From: Vicugna vicugna
Lineage: Eukaryota
DNA length: 64,000 nucleotides
NCBI GenBank assembly: GCA_013265495.1
Contig: MU058009.1
Coordinates: forward strand, 870,001-934,000
Direction of reading: 5' to 3'
Under the pieces are notes generated by a model. It had not been told where the DNA came from, ran no database searches, and saw only the letters and a program-made list of their open reading frames with translations. The position numbers were made by a program, and so were the translations under genes. How positions within the stretch are numbered: the first letter of the stretch is position 1; every line of letters starts with the position of its first letter. Of the stretch, positions 38,712-50,425 are shown one piece after another.

Positions 38712-39220
38712 TGGCAAATACACAAACAGCTCGTACACCTTAATATCAAAGAAACAAGCAACCCAGACCGAAAAGTGGATAGAAGACTGAAATGGACGTC
38801 TCTCCAAAGAAGACAGATGGCCAACAAGCACATGAAAGGCTGCTCACACCACTAACTGTTAGAGAAGTGCGGATCCAAACCGCAGTGGGACTCACCTCAC
38901 ACCAGTCACAACGGCCGCCATTAAAAGGTGACCAGCAACACGTGCTGGAGAGGGTGTGGAGAAAAAGGAACCCTCTTACACCGCTGGTGGCAATGTAAAT
39001 TGGTGAAGACGTCATGGAGGGCAGTATGGAGGTTCCTTAAAACACTAAAAATAGACTTACCCTATGATCCAGCAATCCCACTCCTGGGCATGTATCCAGA
39101 GGAAACTCTAATTCAAAAAGACACCTGCACCCCAATGTTCATAGCAGCACTATTTACAATAGTCAAGACATGGAAACAATCCAAATGTCCACCTACATAT
39201 GACTGGATAAAGAAGATGTT

Positions 39221-39271
<51 letters not shown>

Positions 39272-39548
39272 TAGATATAGATATACTTACTACTCAGCCA
39301 TAAAAGAGAATAAAATGATGCCATTTGCAGCAACATGGATGGACCTGGAGATCCTCATTTTAAGAGAAGGAAGCCAGAATGGGCAAGAAAAATATCACAT
39401 GACATCGCTTATACATAGAGTCTAAAAAAAGGACGCAAATGAACTTATCTACAAAAGAGAAACAGACTCACAGACATAGAGAACAAACTTATAGTTCCCA
39501 AGGGTTAAAGGGGATAGGAAGGGATAAATTGGAAATTCTAAAATTGCA
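38712..39548 (+). mobile_element. L1 ORF2 3' part plus partial 3'UTR
   Basis: ORF 38928 gives [21 protein letters not shown]...[14 protein letters not shown]...[13 protein letters not shown] (L1 ORF2 C-terminal region). Confidence 0.95.
39221..39283 (+). repeat. (ATAG)12 microsatellite with (ATAGAT)n tail inside L1
   Basis: Directly visible. Confidence 0.95.
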
Positions 39549-39549
39549 C

Positions 39550-39632
39550 CTCTTGGGGAGTGATGGCAATGTCAGCTGTCTTGATAGTGGTGGTGGTTTC
39601 GTGGGTGTACACAGCTATTAAAAAAAAAAAAG
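39550..39632 (+). mobile_element. Old L1M (MC/MD/ME-type) 3'UTR fragment
   Basis: gggagtgatggcaatgtcagctgtcttgatagtggtggtggtttcgtgggtgtacac. Confidence 0.6.
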
Positions 39633-39824
39633 TTTTATGACCTCTCCATGACCTTCACAGCCAGGTCCCAACCCTTAGCCTGGCATTCCAGGGCCTGCAT
39701 ATGTCTTCCAGCCGGTTTTTACTGGACTTCACAACCTTTGCCTCCAGCCAGATTTAACTCACCCTTATTCTCTAACATCTCCTGCCTTTTTTTCTTGCCT
39801 TATGGGATCGTATTTGTGGGAAAA

Positions 39825-40020
39825 GAAAGCTAATGTTTACTGAGCTTTGCTGACAGACAGAACGCTGTACACTTTTTACATCTTCTCCTTTAGACTGCAT
39901 AACAATTCTGTGATGTGTAAGGTGAGGGAACGGAAGCTGACTTGTCTGAAGTCGTGCAGTAGAAGGTGCTGGAGCCAAGACTCAGATCCCCCTCCATCTG
40001 AGCCCAAACCTGACACCCTT
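39825..40020 (-). mobile_element. MIR SINE
   Basis: agctaatgtttactgagcttt...ataacaattctgtgatg...tggagccaagactcagatccc. Confidence 0.65.
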
Positions 40021-42685
40021 TTCTCCCAGACCACACAACGTGTGGTGGTCGCTCCCCGATTCCACAGCAAAACTACTAGAAGAGCTGTGACTATTCACCT
40101 GTGTGTCACCTGCAGGCACAAAACCTCACACCAACTGAGTGGAAAAAAAAACCCTGTATCTAAATTAAATTTCTTTGATTATAACTGAATTAAGTTGAAC
40201 ATGCTTTTTTATAAGGCCATTCATTAAATGATGTATTAAAAGTTTGTGCAGATTTTCATCTGCTCATTCTGTTTGTCAACCCTTTAATGATCTCACTTTT
40301 TCCCTCCTGACTTCTCCCGTGTTCTCTGAAACTCTCCGTGGGTAAAGCTGGACCTAACATAGAGCCTTTTCAAGGTCGATAATGGTGGATTTCTTTATTT
40401 ATGTCTTTCAGTGGTCTTGTCTTCACTGTCTTCCACCTGCCTCATTTTCCCACTGGAGATCCCCTTATGGACAACCATTCCCCTGCCCAGATCTCATTCT
40501 TACCGTCATGCCCAGTAAGCCACGGCTCCGGGGTCTTGATCTGGCTCATTCTCTGTTCTTCCTGGACCAGGGTGTTGGGGTGGGCGTCAGGAAAACCACA
40601 ACTTCTTGGGTCTTGGTTTCCTTGTAGAGAACTCAACGTAGGGTTTTAAAATTCCTCCCAGATTTACTGTGTGCCATCCCCATAAGTAGTAAGTAAATGT
40701 TTTTAGAGACTGTTTGTGGGCAGGCACCTAGACGGCGGCTCTCTCCAGAGTGCTCTTCCTGAGCAGTGCCTGGTCAGGGAGCTCGCTTTATAAGCGCCCA
40801 AAGCAGCTTTGCTTTCTTGCTTAGGTCCCTCATGATCAGCAGGCATCTCAAGAGAGGAGACTAGATTTCCTGGGTGGAGAAGAGGAGGAGATGGCAGCCT
40901 TCTAAATGAAGACCTTGGGAGTGAGAAGGAGGCTGAAGTCGGGCCACTCGGGCATTTCTCACGGCCCGTCTGCCTCTTGATGTATAGGGCCTCTGGGCTC
41001 GCTCTGCCACAGACCTTGGGTCATCCCGAAATGCCAGCTCTGTGATTTTTACATCTTCAAACGTCCACCGGGTGCATCTGACCACTTCCCACACTCCCTC
41101 TCCCTGTCGCTGCTGAACCACAAAAAGCCACCGGTGGCATGTGGCCCCAGTTTCAACCCCACAGACAGAACTTTCGGTAAAAGGGGACAAATTGCTAAAT
41201 AAATAGGATGCTTTGTAAGTGTTGATGGATTTTCTGTTCTGTCCTGGCATTGTGCTCAGTGGAGGATTACTGCTGTGTGTGTTTAAATGTGACAGCTGTT
41301 TCATTCACTCCCTGGTGTGTTGGAGAAGCCGTGATAAAGCCAGCGATGCGCCTTCAGAATCCTTAAAGTGAAATCCTCGAGAAAAAAAAAAAAATCCCTT
41401 CCCAGCGCTCTCTGTCCGCATCTCCCTGCTCACTCCTCACACACATTTCCATTTATAGGATTTTATCTTTGATTTTTAACGCTCTGGAAGAGAAATATCT
41501 CTAGAAGACCTTCCACCTCTGACTGCCAGGCATCCCTGAAGCAGTCGGCTTCGTTTGGTACCCTGGGTGCCGAGGGGAGGCAGAGCATTTAGAAACCTTA
41601 ATTAAGGAACATTTAGAAAGATAGGCTGATGAGGGGCAAGATTAGCAATGGATTTCACTGTTGCCTGCCTACGACTTTCTGTTTAATTATTACAAGGGGA
41701 GCTGCCAGCAATGCAGGAGCTGAAAGCTTGATAGTAAACTGCACTGACCTGGATTTCTGTTTCATTAGATTTCATTTAATTCAGGCAAAGGAGGCAATTT
41801 CTTAGACCCAAGGATAGTTGAATGTCAACCTCCAGGCCCTGAGAAGGAAGAGAATGGAACGCACTTTATCCTGAGCTCCACCAACTTCCAGACACGTAAT
41901 CCTGCCTGGATCCCAACACCTCTCACTCTTTGGGAGGAAAGAATGGGAATCTGTCGTGTCTGGTTGAGGGTTTAAATGAGCTGAATAATTGGCTCAGCAG
42001 TGTCCTCTGTGCTCTGAAGAGGGCCAGAGAAAGTCCTCCCCACTGGATTTAAAGGAGGGGGTATCTCCCTCTTTTAATATCCTGGTTTTTTGTTTTCATT
42101 TTTGTTTTTTTCTGAAATGACTGAGTTGGTTCCTGACAACCCGGAGGACCACTCAACGTGCTCAGCTTGTGACCGAGAAGAGCTGCGGTCGTGCTGACGG
42201 GCATGGCAGGAAATCAGGGTGAGAAACGGGTAGGAAGGAACGGCAGCTCAGGGATGCCACGGGGGCCACAGCTAAACCACTGTGACCACCTCTGTGCTTC
42301 CCGACTTTGACCCTGCCACTTCTTGTCTATCCTACGCCGATGGCCAACGTTGGCTGAGGGGTTCTGGGAATGCAAGGAAGAATACCAGACTAAAATAAGA
42401 GAATTTGGGTTCTGCCACTTATCTGTGCCTTGAGCATCAGTTCCTCTCTCTCAGGTGGTAAAGGTGTAATTTTTTTTCCTGCTCCCTCCTTTCTGAAGGG
42501 GTATGGCTTGTCCTCGCTGTGAAATGCTAAGGGTCCCACAGAGGCGCTCCTACATCGCCTGTAATTTCATGCAAATGTTTGCATAGCTGTACAGATGAAT
42601 GTTTCTGGGGAGATACCTCAGAGTTTTAAGTAGAAGATTAAAAGTTACTGTGACTTACTGCTCATCCCTCAAGAACAATTACCAA

Positions 42686-42757
42686 GGGAAAGAAAGAGGG
42701 AAGGAAAGAAGGAAGGAAGGAAGGAAAGAAGGAAGGCAGGCAGGCAGGAAGGAAGGA
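42686..42757 (+). repeat. (AAGG/CAGG)n purine-rich microsatellite
   Basis: Directly visible. Confidence 0.9.
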
Positions 42758-43379
42758 CGGGCTATGACCCATTATTCTGGAAGAAAAGATAAAGTGAGAG
42801 TTGTTATAATGAGTTCGTCCCTGGGGATGAACATGGGAAGGCACTGGTTTGAAGTCAGTCCTTGGGCGTCATGAAGTTACCTTCATCAGCTGTTCATTCT
42901 TAGTGAAGAGAAGGATCTTTCACATGCAGGCTCATTTCCGTGGACCACACGATGGTGTCACTGTCTCTGATTCCCAAGCTCCTAGCCGGGAAAGGGAGTG
43001 AGACCGGCATAAATTCTCCCTGATTCAGGGCACTTCAGAGGCTCCTTGCACAGGCAGTGCCTGCAGGGGTTTGCAGTGGAAGCAGGGAAGGGAGGTCGCC
43101 AAAGGCAGGTGGAGAGCAGGCCGCCAAGCGCAGCTTAATGGAATTTGTGGTGTTGATCCAAGTGGCAAATGCACAGCATTGCACCGCGATTGAAAGCTTC
43201 GTGCTGGGCACTAGCTCGGGAGAGGCCACAGCTGCTAATTTTCAAAAAATATCAGGGTCTCAGAGCTACTGGGGGTGGGGGGTTCTTTGGAAGAGAAATC
43301 ACTAGGAGCCCCTTTAGTCACTGCACCGCTCTCCCACGGCTCGTGAGGTCTTTCTGTCCCACGAATGGGCCCTGACAAC

Positions 43380-43760
43380 ACACCCCGCCCGGCCAGTGAG
43401 GTTGTGTCACCTCTGTGCCTCTCACACCGAGAATAATGGGTCCATTTGCGATGCTAATGGTGATGACAGCCGTGCTAAGAGCCCAGCGCCAGCGGGCCAG
43501 CTGTGCCCCTCTCGGGCCTGGAAGCCTGGGTCAATCTGGACAAGGCACTGCTGACGCTGGGCTGCGCCCCTGCCATCCCCGGCCGCCGAGGCTCGGTTCG
43601 GGTTAACGACGCGCTGAGGAACGTTCTCGTCTCACGCAGACGCCGCCGCGCAGACGAAGGGGGCGCTGTCTCCACGGAGCCGTGAGAGCTCAGCATTTAC
43701 AGACATTTGCAGACACTGATTTGCACGCTCATATGCGACCTGCTTCCTGCTGGACCCTAG
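43380..43760. promoter_or_regulatory. CpG-island-like GC-rich patch
   Basis: Dense CpGs, e.g. ccccggccgccgaggctcggttcgggttaacgacgcgctg and cgcagacgccgccgcgcagacg. Confidence 0.55.
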
Positions 43761-45289
43761 GCCCCCGATGTCAAAGGCGTTGGTCCCGATATCCTTGATG
43801 CCGCTCTTATGGCTAAATCAGCCAACCTGGCGAGAGATGCCTCGGTCTGATACGGTCCTCGCAGGGCCACCAGGCCTCCTTGCTCTCTCACTGTGCATCT
43901 GTCACTGCCGGCCCGAGCAGATACTCCTACAGTGAGCAGTCAATACGTGGGGCACCAAGGAACGAGCGACCGTGCTGGGGAGCTAACAATTCACGTGAAC
44001 CAAGGAGCCCGGAAATCATGCTCGTGGCCTCGGAGCCCTAGACCTGGAAGCAGAGGGTTTGGTTAAACAACAAGGAGAATGGAAGATGTAGCATCCGCTA
44101 ATAAAATAGATGCTTCACAGATATATCCTAGCGGCTGGGAGTGATGGACGCAAGGCTGAGGGATCATGGCAAAAAGTAAGGGGAAAAATTTCAGAAAACA
44201 CTGGCTGTTTGTAAGGAGAGCAGGGGTTGTTAAAAATGCCAAGAAGCCACACACACCTGGAAAGGCAAGAAATTGAGGATGGAAACCTCACAGACATGAG
44301 AGTGTAAGAGTAAGAATAAAGGGAGAATGAAACAGAAGGGGCTCTTTGTGGGCTGAGACTACAAACAAGCAGTGGATGGTGCGTTTCTCAACTGGTAACA
44401 AACCGGCACAGAAACAGGGTGCCCTGGCAAGAGGAAACTGCGAACACGTGGACATTTCCAGGACGTCTCAGTAGGTAAAATCAAAGGATCTAACCAAAAA
44501 CACCACTTTTGTTTCTGGTAATTTTCTGTAGAACACAGGAACCAGCAAACGGCGTGGGCAGCAGGCAGCAGATGTCAGCGAGAACACGCTAGTCACGCTG
44601 GACTGATGGAGATTTGGGAGAAATTTGGGAGTTATCGTCTTGGAGTTCCTAATGTCCAGAGAACAAAGCAGTGGGCTGAGTCAGAAGAGCATTTTAGTTT
44701 TTAAGAAGGAAGCTAGCAAAACATTTAGATTAACCATAGACACAAGCAGGAGACACAAGATGACATTATAAGCAATTCTGTTAAAGTGAAAAAAAAGGGC
44801 ACTTGGTTTTTTCAACGTTGCAGCACAAGGAGCTCTCCGAATAAATGATGGAAATAAAGAAAATAGCTAATGCTGAACAGAAAGAGTTGGCATACCTCAA
44901 TATTCAACAGGCTAACTTGCAACATGACCTGGGGCTAATGTCATCTTTTTGGAGACAAAAAGGATTGAAGCTGGAAAGGCTCACTGATCGGCCCTGAGAT
45001 GCTGTCGTGCCCCACACAGATGGAACTTATAATTATCACACAGCTCTTTCAATGATCATATTTTTCTCTTCTCCATCAAAAAAGAATGAGCTGTCTGGAA
45101 AATGGCGGGCCCAGTCATTTTAAGGACGTCTGTACCGACCCTGTATCCTAAACAAAGGAGGGATGCATAGACAGGAGGTCCTGGCATCTGCGACCAGGAC
45201 GGCGAATCTCCAGGGAGTCCCAGGGACTAGGAGGGATGCTGGAAAACAGGCAGTTAGCACAGTTTGCAATTTTCAAAACTGTGAAATCT

Positions 45290-46220
45290 TCTTTCGTGAG
45301 TATAGAAATGCCATTGACCGTGTATCTGGAATGTTGTATGCTCTGTCTCAACTCATACAGGAGAAAGGCTTTAGAGAGTATTAAAGGGTCTTATCCTGTT
45401 AAATATTTTATCAGTGACTTGGATAAACATCGAATCTGTAGACGCTTCACATTAGAAAGTTACATGATGTGTTGAACGGATAAAACTGGGATCCAAAGAG
45501 ATTTAAATAAGTGATACTGTGGTGTCAGTTCTAAGATAACATTTAATAGATGGTGAGCTTTAAGTCCCTAAATTCAGTACGAAAATCTAATCTCACTTAT
45601 TCGTGATGGATGAGATAAAGTTTAATAGGAACATGGGAAACAAATAAATAACAGGGAGGGGAAATCCAGAGGCGTCTGATATCAAAAGTGCAATATGAGT
45701 AAAAAGGCTGGCATGTCTGCCAAAAAACTGACAGAATCCTAGGAAGAGGGAGATGACAGCTCCGCTCCATACTGATCAGACCATGTCTCAAATGTCATTT
45801 TTTCCTTTATGGGGGGTAGGTCATGTCTTAAGTGATACACCAGGAAATTTAAAGAAAAATAATGGTTATGTTAGAGATGGTGTTCCAACTGAAACCATGC
45901 ATTGCTTTATGAGTGAGAAAGTTATGGAAATCGGGGACTTTTATGTCAGAAAAAAGTGGGAGCTCCTCCTTAAGATTTTGTAAAGCTAATTTGGGGATTT
46001 TTTTTTTTTATTCTGTGTGTTCTTAAAAGGAAAGACTTAGACTACTATGAACAAGTAATAAAGAAGTAAATTGGGGGTAACGACTTATTAACGGTCATAC
46101 ATCTCCAAGGAGAGAAGAGGTCCTTATAAGTTCAAGTTCCCACCTTGTTGGAAGCGTTCATAGACTTGCTGACTGTCTGGCATGGATGTTGTGAAAGGCA
46201 TTCAAAGAACGGATGAATAT
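45290..46220 (+). mobile_element. L3/CR1 LINE ORF2 3' remnant (may extend upstream to ~44750)
   Basis: tcagtgacttggat...gggatccaaagagattt...caatatgagt...gccaaaaaa...ctgatcagacca...gaaaccatg...ggatgttgtgaaaggcattc, colinear with the CR1/L3 consensus. Confidence 0.75.
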
Positions 46221-46427
46221 TGATACATATGAGTGTTTTGTCCCAGTTCACATTCCAAGAACTTCCTAGCCACGTTTTAGCTGCCGCCAACTTTCTTTCC
46301 CCCACGTTTCACTCCTCAGTACAAACAGGTGACGCTCCCTTCTTTCTTCCCATCCTTCTCAGCACCTCCTCTTCTTCAGACCCAGGGTTTCCAGGAGGCA
46401 CTTCAGATACTTTCCTCGTACATATGA

Positions 46428-48536
46428 CAGTGGTTCTTAAACGTTTTGGTCTCAGAATCCCTTTACTTTCATTAAAAAATATTTGGATATTGAAGAGATT
46501 TTGTTTATGTGGTTAATATATAGCTATATTTCTAGTAACAGAATATTTTAAAAACAGAATTCAAAAAAATGAATCTGAAAATAATAGTACTAAATGAGAT
46601 ACGTATAAACGTAAGTCTCTATAAAAATGATCTTATGTGTTCAACACAAAAGGAATAGTGAGAAGAGGGTCTTTTTACATTTCTGCAAATCCCTTTAACC
46701 CCAGGCTTAACAGAACATAGTAGTATTTTCCTATCTGCTTTCACACTAAATCACAAAGTGTGTAGTTGGAAAAGGGAGGCGTATTTTAATAGCTTTTTGT
46801 ATAATTGTGGGTCTTTTTCTTTGAGGTAACACCGAAATTCAAAGAGTGTTAGTTTCTTAAAGCAGAGCTGCAACGGGGGATCTGAAACCATATCAATGAA
46901 TATTTTATTATCCGTTACACTCAAATCCATGGGTCTGTCTTGCATTTTGAATTTTTTTTTCACCCACGCCTGATTTTATAACATTATGCACTGCTCATTC
47001 AGAAAATGTCAATTTACTGACTCATGTAGGCCTTACAAATGTTGATGTAGTTCATTATGAGACATCAAAGAAGTTACATTCCTTAGTCTTGGGCATGTGT
47101 CAAGGTCCTGGTGGGTTTTCCAAAGTTCTGTTTTCTTTGGAATGCTCCAGTTTTATCATTGGCAGCACATCCTCTCAGTTCGCTTTCCTTGAAATGACAA
47201 GCTCACTTTATTCCTTAAAAAAAAATCTGCCAGAATATCCAAATTTAAACAACCATAATTTGTCTGCCCATCATCCTTTCAAGAAAAAAATGGTATTTCA
47301 TGAAAAAAAAAAAGCTGTTAGTTCAGCTTGCAACTCAGACAATTGTACAATCACATTTCCTGGAAAAAAAAAATCAGTCTGTGGTAACGCAGCAGCAGTT
47401 CTCTGTGTGTTCTTCCCCTTTGGTCACATACAACATTAAAAAGACACGGAATTCACCTCACACCAGTCAGAATGGCCATAATTAAAAAGACTACAAATAA
47501 TAAATGCTGGAGAGGGCGTGGAGAAAAGGGAGCCCTCCCGCACTGCTGGTGGGAATGCGAATTGATGCAGCCACTATGGAGGACAGTATGAAGGTTCCTT
47601 AAAAAACTAAAAATAGACTTACCATATGATCCGGCAATCCCACTCCTGGGCATATATCTAGAGGGAACCCTAATTCGAAAAGACACATGGACCCAAATGT
47701 TCATAGCAACAATATTTACAATAGCCGAGACCTGGAAACAATCTAAATGTCCATTGACAGATGACTGGATAAAGAAATTGTGGTATATTTATACAATGTA
47801 ATGTTACTCATGAATAAAAAAGAATAAAATAGTGCCAGTTGCAGCAGCATGGATGGGCCTGGAGACTTTCTAAGTGAAGTAAGCCAGAAAGAGAAAGAAA
47901 AATACCGTATGAGATCACTTATATGTGGAATCTAAAAGAACAGACAAATGAACTTATTTACAAAACAGAAACAGACTCAGAGACGTGGGAAACAAACTTA
48001 TGGTTACTGGGGAGGAAGAGGGTAGGAAGGGATAAATTGGGAGTTCGAGATGTGCAGATACTAACTACTATCTATAAAATAGAAAAACAACATTTATACT
48101 GTACAGCACAGGGAACTATATTCAATAACTTGTAGTAACTTGCGGTGAAAAAAAATGAAAATAAATGCATGTAGGTATATGTATGACTGCTGTACACCAG
48201 AAATTGACACAACATTGTACACTGATGTATATTTCATGAAAAAATCCAAAAAAATTAATAATTTTTACTGCTTCTTAGGCATTCTTATTGTGAATCTGGC
48301 ATTTTTTTTTTCACTAACTTTCCCTAACGGCGACCAACCACTGACAGTTTAATACCAGCGCCCGAATGCTTGTTCAGTTCCCAGCATTGCTCTCGGCCTC
48401 ATGGTGCAAATGTCAACGCAGTGAGTAAGGCAAATCATGTCTCGGTACTTTTGTAAAACTAGTTTTGATCTCGTGAACTCCTGAGAAGGTCTTGGGCACC
48501 CCCAGGGGTCCACAGACCATGCTTTGAGAATTGTTG
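46428..48536 (-). mobile_element. Charlie1a/1b-type hAT DNA transposon with both termini, split by an L1
   Basis: Left end cagtggttcttaaacgttttggtctcagaatcccttta; right end gggcacccccaggggtccacagaccatgctttgagaattgttg; internal tgcaaatgtcaac. Confidence 0.88.
47450..48255 (+). mobile_element. Camelid-type L1 (ORF2 end, 3'UTR and A-tail) nested in Charlie1
   Basis: cacctcacaccagtcagaatggcc...catatgatccggcaatcccactcctggg...tgtacaccagaaattgacacaacattgta. Confidence 0.95.
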
Positions 48537-48924
48537 TTATGGTACAAAATGGCTTGGAAATCTTGTATCCGATCATTTTTTAAAGAGTTTCCGGCCTTGT
48601 TATTCTGTGTTTCTGGGGCTGTCTCCCCTTAACCTTTTCATATACCCCTTACACTGGTCATGTGATTTACACCTTTTTATTTCGGGACAAGATGCTCCAA
48701 TTTCTAGTTCTACCCATGTCCTGAGAAGTGTAACCCGCTTGCCACTTTGGTTTGGGGAAGAAAGAAGAGAAGGATTGGGGAGGCGTGGTTTGCATCTACT
48801 CAGAAGTAGAGACGACAATGAGCACAGATACAGTAGGTGGGCAGAGCAAGGCCGGCTGTCCGCTCCGGGACCTGGGGGAGCAAGGCTCTTTCCCTAGGGC
48901 AACATGGGACATCATTACCCCACA

Positions 48925-49110
48925 AGGAGTAAGGAGGGCTGCGCATCAGGAGCTCCAAAAGACTTTTAAAAGATGCATATTTCTGGGACGGGCACTTGGA
49001 GTTTCTGAGTTAGTATGTCTGTGGGGGTGAGGGATGGGGGATCAGGCATGCATGAGCCGCAAAAAGTCAGGTGATTTTGATGTGCATCTTGGTTAAAAAT
49101 CGATGCTCTG
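48925..49110. mobile_element. MER5B-like hAT MITE
   Basis: ggctgcgcatcagga...ttttaaaagatgca...gtttctgagttagta...caggtgattttgatgtgca...ggttaaaaatc. Confidence 0.6.
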
Positions 49111-49318
49111 AGAGGTAAGATGAGCAAGTGTGTAACTAGGTCTTCACAGATGAGCCTGGAGATGTTGGGTCTGTGTCTTTAGATGTTGTTAAGTCAAGGA
49201 TGGGTGGTTCCTCTTCCATGGTTTAGGAAGAAGGGACAGGGCTTGGAGACAGTCCTGAGAGTGGTCAAAGGAGTACACTCAAGAATACGGTTTTGAAGTA
49301 AATAACAACTAAGAATCT

Positions 49319-49398
49319 AAAGAAGAAGGAGGAGAAGGAGGAGGAGGAGAAGAAGAGGAAGAGGAAGAGGAAGAAAGAGGAAAAGAAAGAAAGAGAAA
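49319..49398 (+). repeat. 80-bp pure polypurine (GAA/GAG) tract
   Basis: Directly visible. Confidence 0.95.
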
Positions 49399-50199
49399 TG
49401 GCCTGAAGACCAATAGCTGTCCAGGAGAACATGCCTAAGTAGTAACTGTTACTCTCCTTTCATCAGTTTAACTTGCAGTCGTTCAAGTAAGATCACTTGG
49501 AGGGAAAACCTATTAATCCTGAGGCTCGGGACTGGCTGGAAGCACAAACTGTGCAGAGTGAGGTATCAGAGATCCCTGTTTTCTGTGCTGTAACGCTTAA
49601 GCTGCTAAAGACATTGCAAAGAAACCAGAAAAGCTTTTCATTTGACTTTCACAAGCGACACCAAATACCCTGTTCCTGACAGGTACATGGCCCTGCTTAT
49701 TTTAGAAGGACTTAAGATGATGGACTTCAGTGGACGCATCCTGACAGATCAGGACACGGAAGAGCTGGGCCAACGGCAACATTAGATGCGCCTGATTCAT
49801 GACCAGCCTCTTCAGATTGTTAAAAGAGGCCCAGAAAATGGTGCACCGAGTTTTTCTGTTTCTTGTAGAATTACGCAGTTTGGACGATGGCCATTTGGGT
49901 TTATATAGAAGTGTCATCCCACGATTTTCCGTGGTTTCAACCGCCAAGATGGTGCCTCTTCCAGAAAACTGCAGTTTAGCCATGCTGCCACCAGGGAGCG
50001 ATAATGTGCAACTTCGATGTGGTCCAAGCTCTTCGCTGCGTTATTTCTCCTGAAATAGAAGACGGCTGCTCTAGTTCAACACTTATTTATATTAAAGTAT
50101 CTATTTTTACAAATTACTTAAACATCTTGTTAAAAGTGAAATCAAACAAATGTCAAGATAGACAATATTTTGTGAATACCATGACCTAAACTCTGAATT

Positions 50200-50425
50200 A
50201 ATGGTAACTAACCTACTACGTGCCTGGTATCAGTTGCAAAGCACTTTCCAAATGGTGGCTCATTCAAAGATCTCAATAACCCTAGGAGGCAGGCACTATT
50301 AACACTATTATGATGTTTGGGTAAAGAAACCAAGGCACATACACATGAAATAATATGAGTAAGCTACAAAGTCAGCAAGTGATACAATTAGGTTTCATAC
50401 TTCAGGCATTCTAGCTTTAGAGCTG
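50200..50425 (-). mobile_element. MIR SINE
   Basis: acctactacgtgcctgg...tctcaataaccctaggaggcaggcactatt...aagaaaccaaggcac. Confidence 0.75.

Noticed and set aside
43648..43670. CTCF site (gacgaagggggcgctg)
   Set aside because: 3' half fits, but the conserved 5' CC is missing, and such matches are expected in GC-rich DNA
45163..45384. Protein-like ORF (FFREYRNAIDRVSG...)
   Set aside because: Lies in or beside the decayed CR1/L3 remnant; no exon boundaries
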